64,000 bases of DNA from Azolla caroliniana (lineage: Eukaryota; Plantae; Polypodiophyta), in NCBI GenBank assembly GCA_043228905.1, contig JBHGNT010000001.1:22878001-22942000 (forward strand), in the 5' to 3' direction. Positions 12,241-25,200 of the stretch are shown piece after piece. The notes under the pieces were generated by a model that saw only the letters and a list, made by a program, of their open reading frames with translations, had not been told where the DNA came from and searched no databases. A program made the position numbers and the translations under genes. Position 1 is the stretch's first letter, and each line of letters starts with the position of its first letter.

Positions 12241-12747
12241 CAACGGCATTTGTGTTTCGGATCATAAGCTCATCAACCCTAAACCCAAAATTAAATACCC
12301 ATGTTGATGCAAAATTCAGCATGTGTATGTGAAATTGAGGACAACCACTAGGGGTTTGGAGTAAGGAGATGGCTTTGTGAAGGTGTTGTCAAAGATGAAT
12401 ATTGTTATGGCATGGTATCAAACCGTCCTTTCTTGACTGGTGTGGGTATACTTGTAGGCACGCTTTCGGTGTGCGAGAGAATCCCTTCAATGAGTAATGG
12501 CACCTTGTTTGAAAAACATGTGCGTTGGAATATGTACATATGTACGATCTTTGATTTTATAAGTGCTTCCAAAAAATCCTTGAAAAAAACGAAACCAAGC
12601 TACAAACAAGAGGATTTTACAATGATCAACCATATTACATAGGGTGCAAGAGACTAAGAAGATGGTGTCAAGGCCATAACCAAGGAATGAGAATGAATTG
12701 AAGAAGAGAAAATTGAGAGGAATAAGAGGAGAACGACAATGTATTAA

Positions 12748-13005
12748 TGTTGAGAATCAAACTCAACTTCCCTATGGTGGGAACACATCCTAAGACCACA
12801 AGTGTGTGGACACACCACCACTACTTTGTATCATAACTAATGTGTCATTGACCTTAACTCCTATGACACATAGTAAGTAGTTAAGTCTCTACCTTCTTCC
12901 CAACAAGTAGTTATATAAGCACCTTCTCCTCTCCTTTGTAACTGTTCTTGTTAATATAGTCTTTCTTGTTTTCTGTCCCTTTTTGTGTCGACTATTTCTC
13001 TATCC

Positions 13006-13063
<58 letters not shown>

Positions 13064-14890
13064 TTGTGCGACACAGAGTCATACACGATTCTTTACATGG
13101 TATCAAAGCAGTTGGTAGCTTGATCCAAGCCAATCCGCGTCTGTTTTGTATATGCCAACGTTCACGAAGAATCGGCCGATCACTGTAGTAGCAACCCTAC
13201 AAAGTTCGTATCATAGAGAAGAAGAAGAAGGATAACAACTCGAACCAGTTAACCGTCATGAATACTCAGATGGGCAGCTCTCGTCCCAATAAAAAGCTTG
13301 ACAGAAATAACTTTGCATTTTGGGAATACAAGCTGGACCAATACCTTGTCGGCCAAGGCTATTGATGTTATATCGAAGGAACGCAAGAATCTCAACCCAA
13401 CCCAACACACGCCGACTAACTAACATGGGAAAAAGTGGCAAGTCGTGTGTTGTACTACTTAGCATCATGCATTCATGATCACATGCTCGACTATATCTGA
13501 GAGGTCAAAACGCCGAAGGAGGCATGGAGGAACCTCTAGAAGATCTTTGCGGCCAATACATCAACACAAAAACTCCAACTCTAAGAAGAGTTGAATAACA
13601 TTCAACAGAGGGACATGTCGATCGCGAGATACACCTTAGAGATCAAAGAGCTGAGTGATTCCCATGGCTCGATCATTGTCAACATTGACGACGATGAGAT
13701 AGTACAAATATGCCTCGGAGGGCTAGCACCTTGGTTCAGTGCTAGAAGGACGATCGTCCTCGCAAGGGAGAATCCTCCCTCCAACCTTCAATCGATGCTG
13801 CCGGTCAAAGAGAACCACATCTGAACGACGACCAACTCATCAGAAGCAAAAATGCTTTATTCGCACTGAGGCGGTGGCAGAGGACGCAATCATGCAAGAA
13901 GAGGCTGATTTGGGCAAGGCCGAAATGATTGAGGTCCGACCCAGGAACACAACTCCCATTACCAACAAGAATTTGGAAATACAGAAAGGGGAGCTACCAT
14001 GCCGGACCAAGTTGACAAAATAACCCCATTGAATGTGGGTATGGTGGCAAATTCAGCCACCATAAAGAGGATTGCCAAAAGAAGAAACGTGAACTGGCTT
14101 CCACAAGCCGAGAACTCACTAACTATGCCTCGAATTCCAATTACGACGACTATGGTGGAATGTTCATAATGAGGCACAGAGCGAACTCCATGTCTGTATC
14201 CGGCACAACTAGCACTTGTTCGGAAAATGTATAATTTGTTGACTCTGGCGCGTCCAATCACATGGTGTCTCATGAAGATTGGTTGTGTGAGTTGCGAAAG
14301 CCTGACCTACCCAACTATGTGGAAATTGAGGATGGCACAATTCACCCCGTTCAACATATCGACAATGTCCCACTCGGGAAAGAAGGCGAACAAACCTACA
14401 TCAAAAACATTTTTCATGTGCCAACCATAACAAAGAATCTGGTCTCGGTTGGCTAGATCGTGGAACAAGGCATGCAAGTTCGTTTCAACCATGGGGGATG
14501 CTTTATTGAGAAGGAAGGCCAACTCATCACTCGTGGTCGAAGAGAAGACCGAATGTTTATTCTCGAGTTGAACGAGATAAAATTGGCCATGTTCGCAAAG
14601 GGTCAAAAAGTTGACGCCGACATAGAGCTATTCTCGAGTTGAATCTCCAAAAGCTTACAGGCATGGAATCAAAAGGAGTCTTCATTGGACTCTTGACCTT
14701 TATAGAGAAGGAGATTGCTGGAGTATGTGAAGCATGCCAATTCGGCAAGCAACATCGGTGCCTATTCTCGAAAGAGAGGAACGTGAGCAAAGGCCTATTG
14801 GACATAGTCCACCCTTATGTATGGGGACCGACACAAACCACCACATTCGGAGGATGCCAATACTACGTTACTTTCATTGACGACTTTCAT
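12748..14890 (+). mobile_element. 3'-truncated copia related to 518-6589 (5' LTR 12748-13097, PBS, gag-PR-INT start)
   Basis: TGTTGAGAATCAA start, TGGTATCAAAGC at 13098, homologous gag and CEACQFGKQHR. Ends at YYVTFIDDF. Confidence 0.9.
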
Positions 14891-14893
14891 TGA

Positions 14894-16370
14894 TGTCACT
14901 TTTTTAAGATCCACGATGGGTCGACACAATGAACGAATAAATGTAGGCTCTTGGCAAGAACAACACCCAGGACCTTGTCCCCTCTTCACCCCATTAGAAG
15001 GCAATCAACTACAAATGGATATAGAAGGTGAAGTATAATGCCGCTGCCTTCGTCAACTGCCACAAAGCTCGACTCGTAGTGAAAGGCTATGCTGTCGTGG
15101 GAATACGCGCCTGCGGGACGACTAGGGTCTTGGACCAGGGAGGACGAATTGGGTGACTTGTGATCGTAAGATACCGTTCGTTTAGGTTTATTGCTGGATA
15201 GTTCTTTGTTGTTGAAGATGCTCATGCGGGCTGGCCAACTCTGGTTGTCGACTGAGTTGGCTGTTATTGTTCGGTTGGATGGGTTCTGTCACAGTCAGAT
15301 TCCATTTTTGCTATTGGGGTTGCCTGTGTAGGTTGGTCGGTTACGGTTGTTGGCTGGACTGCCCACGACTGTCCGATCGGGTCAGTCCTGACAGGCGGAA
15401 GATTATGTCGCGGGAATCTGCGCTTGCGGGTTGGTCGAGTTGGACCACCGGGGTCTTGGACTGAGGAGGACGAATCGGGTGACTTATGCTTGTAAGATAC
15501 CAATTGTTTAGGTTTATCGCCGGATCATTCTTTGTTGTCGAGACACTCATGGGGGTTCGCCGCTTCGGTTGTCAGTCTGGTTGGTTGTTACTGTTCGGCC
15601 GGATGTGTTTTGGCACAATTGCATTCCATTTTTATTGTCGGGGTCGCCCATGCAAGTTGTTCGGTTCCAATTGTTGGCTAGACTACCTGCGATTGTCCAG
15701 TCGGCTCAGTCTTAACAAGTGGTCTCAGCTCGTCCGGACTGTCGGTTTATCTTGTCCGACTCGTTCGGATTTGGTCGGATGGGTTCAAACGATAGGTTGG
15801 TCGGGTTTAGCCAGTTAATGACGTTTGAACGACGGTTGTCGGTTTTCGTCTCTTAGGAGCCCGACTGTCAGTTGGTTGGTGGTATCCGGCCAGTGGTTGG
15901 TCGGTCAAACCTTTTGCGCCTGGTCTGCCGACTAATGGTTCACCAGTCATCGGGTTGTGGATGGCGGTGTGATTGACGGTTGGCCGTGTTCGATTGGTGG
16001 TTGGCCGAACCTCCTTTGTACGGCGAGCGTTGCTCGTCGACATTTGGCGAGCGTTCGAAGGCTAGAGCAATGAGTGGAACTCAACGGTGCGGTGGTTTGG
16101 TGGCGCGACGTGTTGGCGGGTGATGACACATTGGCAGTCAGTGGCGTGTTGACAGGCGGCCATGTGTTGGTGGGTGGTGACGTGTTGGCCAGTGACGTGT
16201 TGATGGGTGACGACGACGGTCTAACTTTGTCGATGTTAACACCCTCTTGACGGCCAAAAAGAGCTAGATGCAACGGAGGAAGGCAGGGAGAACGAGAACG
16301 CCCAAGTTTGAGAAAGAGAGGTAGAAAGTCTTGAATTGTAACTACAAAAGTAATGAATTGAATGTGGCTG
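14894..16370. repeat. Unclassified repeat-like segment with an internal ~330-bp diverged tandem duplication
   Basis: 15120-15330 resembles 15450-15690. CCGAC/GTCGG-rich. Starts TGTCA exactly where the copia is cut off. No recognisable protein domain. Confidence 0.45.
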
Positions 16371-16372
16371 AG

Positions 16373-16404
<32 letters not shown>

Positions 16405-18238
16405 TATATTATCGTCTTCAGAGGTCAAATATGACCTATGACACTAAAAATATTACATTTCACTTGATACGTGTGAAAGTGAGTAGTGACTCTCAATGTT
16501 CAAGGACTTTACCAATGAATGTTACATCGAGAGTGCACATTGTAGTTGTGAGAGAAATTCGTGCAAGGATTGGGCTTGGTCGAAGAGATGTGGAAAGCAT
16601 GGTCGAATATGATCAAAGGTAGAGCATTATATCAAAGTGTGATACTAAGACTCTCAAACTTGTTAAAGGGCAAAGTGTGCATAGCTGGCCACTCTCATCA
16701 TTTGGGCCCCAACTCCCCATCTCACATCGCAATGCATGTGAGCTAAGTCGCATGGAAGCAATGGTTCGAATGGCAGATAACGGGATGGGCTCTAACATGT
16801 ATCGATGTGTACGGTTTCCCCGTTTTGCGAAGAATATGTTTTTGTGGTTAGGTGCAACATGTGTAGTATAATGTGTGAAGCGTGAGCCTCCACAATTGTC
16901 CCATGTCATGGATACATCAGCGCTGCAAAAAGGCCTCATTTATTGAGTAATCTAGTGATGCATCGTGAAGCAAGTGTGTTGCATCCAATCAGAACACAGT
17001 TTTTTTGTTTTTATGCGTCTTTTGGATTTTTTTGCTTGCTTCCCATGCAATTCTAGGAAGTCGATGTGAGGGACTTTTTTGAACCTTAAACATGTATTCA
17101 ACAATCCTTTCCATGGCCATGATCTCAATGGGAAGTGATCCCGTCTCAAGGAGGAGGGTGTAGGGGGTTTGTTTCTTAACTTGTAGAAAGTTTGCAAGAA
17201 ACTCTTTCCACGTACATTTAGGGATGCTATCGCCCCATACTTCTACCCCATAAAGAAGAACCAGTGTCACTAAAGTGTCAAAAAGATATTTCTTGAGGAG
17301 CCAACACTTAATATCTCCAAGATTGCATGTGTTCTCAAATGCATATTATGCTCGCTTACTTGCTGCCTCTAAGAGATGTGTAGCACATTCATTCCATCTA
17401 TGGTTTGAAGGAACTTCAAAGCCAAGATATTTGAAGCTTTCCACACATTCAAGCGGCTCATTGTTGTACATAATGCATGGTTTATCTCTTTTTTGGCTCT
17501 TCACAAGCATAATCCTTGTTTTAGAGCTATTGACACTTAATTTAGTATGCATGCAAATTTTTTCCAATGCCTTCATAAGCTTTTGTGCGTCTCCTAAAGT
17601 ATTTGCAAAAAGCACTACATCATCCACATAGCATAATCACAACATTCCCAATGGCAACTTTGTCAACACATTCTTCCTTTACAAACTTGGTAACCATTTC
17701 TTCCAATTCATCAATGTATAGAACAAATAGTGTTGGTGAGAGTGAGCATCCTTGCTTAACACCAATAGTGCTATTAAATTTTTTTTGAAAGTCTATCTGT
17801 CATATGCACACAACATATAAGCTTCTCATATATTCGGGAAATTGCAAGCATATATTCACTTGGCACCTCAAGTTCTTCCATTCGCCTCCAAAGATGCTCA
17901 CAAGGTACCATATCAAAAGCTTTCTTGAAGTCTACAAAGCAACAACCTTTACCTCTAAAGCGACTTTCCTCTATTAATACTCGAAGGGTGACAAGGTGAT
18001 CAATGGTGCTATAGTGTTTTTGAAAGCCAACTTGTCCATAAGCTCTCTTACCATTTTTTTTAGCCCATACACTTATATTTGATTCCATTATACATCCAAA
18101 TAGTTTTGCCACTAATGAGCTAACCATGATGGTTCGATAATTGTTTACATTATTTACATCTCCACCTTTATGTAAAAATTTGATCCAATTTGTAGTCCAA
18201 TCATACGATATACCATGTTGCAATGCATCATTAAATAT
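16371..18238 (-). mobile_element. LINE (RTEX-like) RT and C-terminal region with 3' stem-loop and (CTAT)n tail
   Basis: Motifs NYRTIMV, QVGF, FVDFKKAFD, GVKQGC.LSP, YVDD and RLSSHALRCEMGSW..CTLC. Hairpin AGGTCA-AATA-TGACCT near 16422-16437, and (AGAT)n at 16371-16403. Confidence 0.85.
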
Positions 18239-18239
18239 A

Positions 18240-20700
18240 GGGAAAAGTACCAAGATACCCCTAGAAATTTGTCTATTTACCAGAATGCCCCTAGAAGTTT
18301 CAAATTTACCAAACTACCCGTATCTCCAAAAAAATACACCTTATAAAGTAATTATACACTCAAATCTACAAGCCCTATTTACCAAAATACCCTTAAACCT
18401 AAACTTATTTACCATAATGCCACTATATACCTATTTTTACCAATTTATACCACTTTTATTTCTCAAAATACATCATAAATCAAACTAAATTATCAAAATT
18501 ATATTATATATCAAAAATTTCAATTGAAAGGTCGCCTTAAAATCCAATTCTATGAATTTACACCGATTTATACTGGCTTAATCCCATAAAACCAAAATTT
18601 GTGATTGAAGTGACCAAAATGTAATCTTAAAACCAAAACATTTGATCGCACACCAAATTTTACCATTGTGATGCCATTTTGAAGCCAAATTCCATGAATT
18701 TGCGGATTCACAAACAATTTGTGGCCAAAATGTTAAACCAAATCTCACGAAAAACTTGGCTACCAAAATGACATTTTAAATGAAATCTCACATAACACTT
18801 TGCTATTAAAATGGAATCTTAAACCAAATTTCATGATATACACTAAATTTTGTTAGCAAAATGCAATCACAACTAAATCTCCCCAATCTCATCAAATTCA
18901 AAAATACTCGCAAACCAAAATTAATTATTGAAATGTGATAATTGCATGTTAATTTTGATCCGTCTACAAAAAGTGTAATTCCAAAAATATCCAGAAAATA
19001 AAATATATCTATCAACTCAACAAAATATCTAATAATGCACAATCTTCACTAAATTGGGGCCCTACAACTACGAGCATTGTGTCCTTTCCCACGACACCTT
19101 CCACAACGATGTTCTTCTTTCTTTGTGCCTTCTTCTATTGTGCGTATACATTTGGTTTTTGGACTTCCAGGAGATCTTCGTGTGGCTGGCGGTAACATGC
19201 CTCCAACAATATTATCATGCGTAACAACAAGAGGAAATATTGGCTCCTTGTAAGTATCACAATTTGATTGCAACAAATATGCCTTGTGTGCAAAAGATTG
19301 AACTCTTTCTTTTCGAAACAAAATAGCAGCCGTTGCATGTGCACAAGGTAACGCCATATCCTGCCATTGTCCACAAATACATATCTTCTTATCCACATAA
19401 ACAATCCTAACATGTTTCGGAGTATGGATCTCAAAAACATCATTAGTAGATGGCAAAATACGGTATAGTCTTCCACATTGTATGGATTCTCTAATGAATT
19501 TCTCTACATATCCAACCAATGCATCATGTGTTATCTCTCCATTAACCAATCCAATACGTGCTTTAGAAGTTTCTCCATTAAACCTCCTTTCATAAAACCA
19601 TGACATTATTTTCTGGCGTATCAATTCCATCACCCCTAGAATAGGCATAGCTCTAGCCTCTAACAACCATGCATTTAGGGACTCGGCAATGTTAGATGTC
19701 AAGTGTCCAAACCTTTTCCCTGAAAACTTACATGTAGCCTAATGTGAGGGGTCGATGGTGCTCATAAGCCATTCAGCTGCATTACTATTTAAAGTGCATA
19801 TTTCACCAATGATAACATCAAAGTCTTGAGTATTAGTTGCATTTGCAGCTTTCCACAACATCCCCAATAGTTGAGTGCTTTTAAAAGCTTTTCTGAAATT
19901 GTCTGATAGATGGCACATGCAATATCCATGTGATGTATCATTGCCAAACACCAACATGACACCATCCACCAAACCTTTTTATTTATCTGAAATCAATGTT
20001 AGTGGATCTGTGTGTCGAAGAACATCGTTCAAACTTTGAAGAAACCAACACCAATTATCATCATTCTCTGCTATTACTACACCAAATGCAATTGGAAACA
20101 AAGCACCTTGTGCATCGATGGTAGTAGCCGTGAGAAGGATTCCTAGATATTTTCCTTTCAAATGAGTTCCATCTAGACCAATTATTGGTCTACAATGCAT
20201 GAAACCATTTATGCTTGCATTGTAAGCAATGAATATGCGAAGAAAGCGACCTTCAATTGTTTCTTGAACATATGCCACACTACCAGGATTAGCTTCTAAA
20301 ATGTTTTGGCAATAATTTCGAAGATTTTGATATGCAAATACATGATCCCCATGGATTTGAGCATGTGCACTTTCTTTTTCTTTCCGCGCTACCCTGTAAG
20401 ACATAGTGATGCCTTTTCCACGACACACATCACCAATTAGTTCCTTTGGTGTGTATGTAGGATGATCTTTAAACTTCTCCAATGTTGTTTCAGCTAACCA
20501 TTTTGAGCTTACTTCTTTGTTCCTAAGTGTTGAGTGCCACCACATTTACGTTCTTCCTTATTCTTCTTGATCTGGCATTTTGGACCCCCTTCAATACAAG
20601 ATGCATGCAGCCTCCATCGACATTCAGAATTTTTGCATGCAATAGTTAATTTAGCAAAAGTCATGTGAGCACAAATTTAAGATTAAAAGTCAAGCGAGTG
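18240..20700 (-). mobile_element. Mutator/MULE DNA transposon remnant: one TIR plus a pseudogenised transposase (about 20640-19049)
   Basis: TIR-like GGGAAAAGTACCAAGATACCCC with TTTACCAAAATACCC subrepeats. Transposase motifs IIGLDGTHLKGKY, ISD, SWIM (CICGQWQ..LPCAHA) and zinc knuckle (CGRCRGKGHNARSC). Confidence 0.9.
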
Positions 20701-20888
20701 TAAAAGCATATGAGTGCAAAATTCATGTGAGCCTTGTTTTATCTGATTTGATCACTCTTAGCTCAACATGAGAGCCAATTGCATCATCTCTCATAGCTTG
20801 TCGAAGCTCCTTCAAAGAGTCAAACTACCTTCCCTCCACCAAAGCCATTCTAGGAGAGACATCAAACATCGAAATGAGAGAGAGACGG

Positions 20889-20904
20889 AGAGAAGAAGAA
20901 GAAG

Positions 20905-20933
<29 letters not shown>
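20889..20933. repeat. (GAA)n microsatellite
   Basis: Direct observation. Confidence 0.9.
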
Positions 20934-20935
<2 letters not shown>

Positions 20936-21121
20936 GAATTTCAACCCTCCAATGTATGCAAAACATTACTAGTTTGGCTATAAAATACCACACTTATTCT
21001 CTGATAAAGAAGAAGAAGAAGAAGAAGTGAGTTTCAACCCTCCAAAATACCACACTTATTCTCTGATAAAAAAGAAGAAGAAGAAGGTGAAGAAGAAATG
21101 GTATATTTGTATATATAAGAG

Positions 21122-21660
21122 ATGCATAATAAGTTAGAAGTTGACCTTCTTCTTCTTTCAAGTTCTCATTCCTCTGCTGAAGAATTTGCAAGGCTTTTAT
21201 GTAAACGCCAGAATAGCAAAAACAGAGTATATGCTCTGTGGCTCTATGAGTGCATTTGCATAAAAGGACTGGAATGTGATAATGAATTAGGAAATTATCT
21301 GGTTCCTTTGTTTGTTAAAGTTGGATGTATGCTCGATGCTCTCTATTAGTTCGATCGTATATCTCTTCGCAATGAGCTTTCATGGAATTTCATGTTATCA
21401 GGTTACAACAATTGTGGTCAACCATAGAAAGCATTGGAGCTATACAAAACGATGAGAAACATTGATGTTTCTTCTTCACATCCAAATGCACATACTTTTG
21501 TTGCTTTGCTCAAGGCTTGTATAAGGTTAAGAGACATGAGAACAAGTCTTCATGTACATGTAGAATGTGATTCGAGAGGTTTCCTACGTAGTGATATCTC
21601 ATTGGCTACCACTTTGGTTTATACTTATGCAAAATGTGGCTCAATGGAGAGAGCTAGATT
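21122..21660 (+). pseudogene. 5' fragment of a PLS-PPR gene with stops, truncated by a transposon
   Basis: LGNYLVPLFVKVG, SWNFMLSGY, PNAHTFVALLKAC and LVYTYAKCGS, with two in-frame TAG codons. Confidence 0.85.
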
Positions 21661-22274
21661 CTGAGGTAGCTAATTAGCTAACTAACTAAGCTTAAAAATC
21701 AAAACAAAAGTTCAGATAAATGTAAATACCTGAGGTACATCAAGAAGATGAAGGGGATGCTCCTCGTATTGACTCCTTCCAACACGTTTTCTGCATAAAT
21801 GCTTGTTATTGGGTGAAACCCTACTCTCATTAGTCCAAAATATGGTGATTATATCCTTGATTTCTGATGTTATGGGTGTCATTGGCTTACATCTTGTTGT
21901 TAGCTTTAGTAAACTAGCTCCTTCACCACTTGAAATTATCCGGTTCATTGTATTGTACATAGTTTATCTACTAACACCGATTACCTTAGATAACACATTG
22001 ATGTTAAGATCGTCAACATCACTATTAAGTAACATCATTAGACTAGACCTTTTTAAGACAATATCATCTTCTGACCTGCTCATGGATACGAAACTATTAC
22101 GGAGATTATTTACTGGTACTATTGTTATGTTTGCCTTAAGACCATCACAATCAACTAACTCCTTTATTGATGGATCATTTAATATTCCATAAAGTATTAC
22201 CTTCTTGTCTTCATTGCTGATGTGCTTCGTTTGAACACTGAAATAGTCTACAACCTTTGTCCATATTATAGTAG

Positions 22275-25200
22275 TGTTAGGAATATGTCCCTCTAGTGGG
22301 AGGAGCCAACTGCTCGGAGAGAGTCAACAGTCAAAGACAGGGAGTAGCCGATTGATCGGATGAGATCCGACGATTGAGGAGTCAACTCAAAGAGAGTTGA
22401 TTGAGTTCAAAGATACAACCGGCTAGTCGGCTTGACCGGATGGTCGATGACCAAGCTGACTAGTCGGACCGACCCGATAGTCAACGGATGAGTCGGTTGA
22501 TTAGTAAGACTTTTATTCATATTAGATAATAATGGGAATGACATTAGTAGTGGCTACATTTGTAAATAGTCCATATAGGGCATAAGTATAAATGCACTTA
22601 GGGAAAATGGTTTGAATATATACACATGTAGAACGAGTGAATGTGTGAGCCTCTGTAGCGTAGCGCGATAGAGAAGAGAGTGTGTGTGAGCATGAGTGAG
22701 TGAGTTGCGAGATAGTTGTGTTTAGTAATAGCATACGCCAAGAGCCCTGCGAGGCTGTTTACACTCTGTGTAGAGAGTGTTGTACTCTGATCTCATTGTT
22801 GTATATCCACTATATAGTGAAGCTCCGTTCTCTATGCTTTTCTCCCGTTTTAGGGTTTCCACGTTAAATTTGCATACACTGTTTTCTGTGTTTCAGAGTT
22901 GTGTATTTCAGCATATTCCTTTTTCTTGTGTATTGACGATTCGTTTCTCAACAAACTGGTATTAGAGCTTGAGGTGCAAGCATGGAAGGAGGTGTGAGTG
23001 GCTTCCCAGGAATGATAGTTCTAAATTCTCAGAACTATGCAGACTAGAAGATAAAGATGGAGAACCTTGTCATAATCAAAGACTTGTACGAGCCAATCGA
23101 CAGAGCAAAAATACCCACAGGGGTATTAGAGTCAGAATGGAAACTTCTTAACAGACAGTGCGTCGATGCAAGTGTCCTTTAGCATGTGGCGAATGACACA
23201 AATGCCCACGAGATGTGACAGAAGCTGTCAGGTTTATATGAGAGGAAGAACGCCCCGAATCAAACCTCACCGATGAGAAAGATCGTACGGCTAAAATACA
23301 GAGACGGTGAGAGCATCGTCGAACACATCAACACATTCATGGGGTATGTAAATCAACTTGTTGCAACCAAGTTTCCCCTTGATGATGCTATGCATGCCAT
23401 CCTACTGATCTGCACATTGCCAGATAGCTGGGAGAACCTGGTGGTTACTCTCAACACCTCTTGTCAAGAAGAGAACTTGTCTTTACAAGTGGTGAAGACA
23501 AGCATACTAAATGAGGAAGGGAGAAGGAAGGACAAGGGTGTCCTAGTCGAGTTGGAGTCAAATTTGTCTCAACACATCGGCAAAAGAAGAAACCGACAAA
23601 GGAGTCCACGAAGGAGAGAAAAGTCTCAAGCTAGGTCGAAGTCCAGAGGAAAGCTCATGTGCTTTTATTATGGAAAGCGTGGACATTTTCAGAAGGACTG
23701 CTGACACCTTAAAAAGGAAAATAGTGTCGGTAATAATGTCAAACCCAGGAAGATTCCTGAAGAAAAATACACTTCAGCCATTGCTATGAGCAATGAAGAA
23801 CTTTTGTTCATTTGTGAAGAGACAAGTGCTAATCTTGCAAGTGAAGAATGCACTTGGGTGATCGACTCCAGTGCATCCTTCCACATAACTCCGTTGAGAG
23901 AGTATTCCTCAGCTTACATAACTAGTGATCATGGTTATGTAAAGATGGGTGATAGTGGGGAGTGCAAGATAGCCGGAATCGGAAGTGTCTGCCTGACGAC
24001 GTCGACATGGTGTCGACTCACTTTGAAGGATGTTCGACATGTCTCTGATATCAAATTGAATCTGATATCGACCGGAAGACTGAACGACGAAGGCTAGAAT
24101 GGTAGTTTTTAGAATGGCAAGTGGAAGTTCTACCAAGGAAATCTTATAGTGGCCCAAGCATAGAAGGAAGGCACATTGCATATGATGCAAGACCGGCTAT
24201 GCAAGTCGGAAGTGAATGTGACACCCGACATGGCAGGACAAATATGGCATAAGAGGCTAGGACACATGAGTAAGAAGGGACTGCATCTGTTAGCCGACCA
24301 GATGCTTTTGCCAGAAGTAACGGGAGTGCACCTAGAGAAATGTGTCGACTGCTTAGTCAGAAAGCAGAACAAAGTAACATTCCACACACGACCACCAATA
24401 AGAAGAGAAGTTGCAGTGGAACTGGTACACACGGATGTGTCTTATGTAGATGCTCCATCGCATCGAGGCGGACAATACTTTGTGAATTTCATCGACGACT
24501 ATAGTCAAAAGTTGTGGGCTTTCGTACTAAAGTCAAAAGATCAAATATTAACATTTTTCAAGGAGTTCCAGGCAAGAGTTGAACGGGAGTCAAGTCGAAA
24601 GTTGAAGGCTGTCTAAACCGACAATGGTGGCGAATAGAAAGGGTAGTTCAAGGAATACGGTAAGAACGAAGGTATTGAAATCGAATACACAGTATCGAAG
24701 ACCCCTGAGTTGAACAAGCTTGCAGAGAGGATGAGCCGGACAATCATGGAGAGAGTAAGGAGCATGCTGCCACATGCTAAATTGCCAAAAAAATAATGGG
24801 CTGAGGTGATGTACACGGTTGTTTATTTGATCAATAGGTTCCCCACAATACCCTTGAAAGGTGATGTCCCAAAAAGGGTGTAGATAGGAAAGGATGTCTC
24901 CTACCGACATCTGAGGGTGTTCATATGCCTAGTGTATATGCATGTAGCTAAGGATCAGAGGTCAACGTTCCACACTAAGTCGAAACCATGCATATTCATG
25001 GGATACTTGGAAGATGAGTTTGGCTATAGGCTATGGGGCCTAGACGACAAGAAGGTAGTGAGGAATCAGGACTAGTCTTCTTGGAAGACAAGACCATAGA
25101 GGACTCGAAGCAACAAAAGTTGGAATCGACAAATCAATCAACCTCGATTACTATCGACTTGAGGCCAAGTGAACCAACAAAGTTGGTTGTTCGGAGACAA

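Noticed and set aside
11950-12740. DYW deaminase exon for the PPR gene
   Set aside because: No PG box, HSE or CxxC motif is visible in the downstream ORFs.
14894-16443. Solo LTR bounded by TGTCA...TGACA
   Set aside because: The flanks (ATTGA vs CTAAA) give no TSD, and the right end belongs to the LINE 3' UTR.
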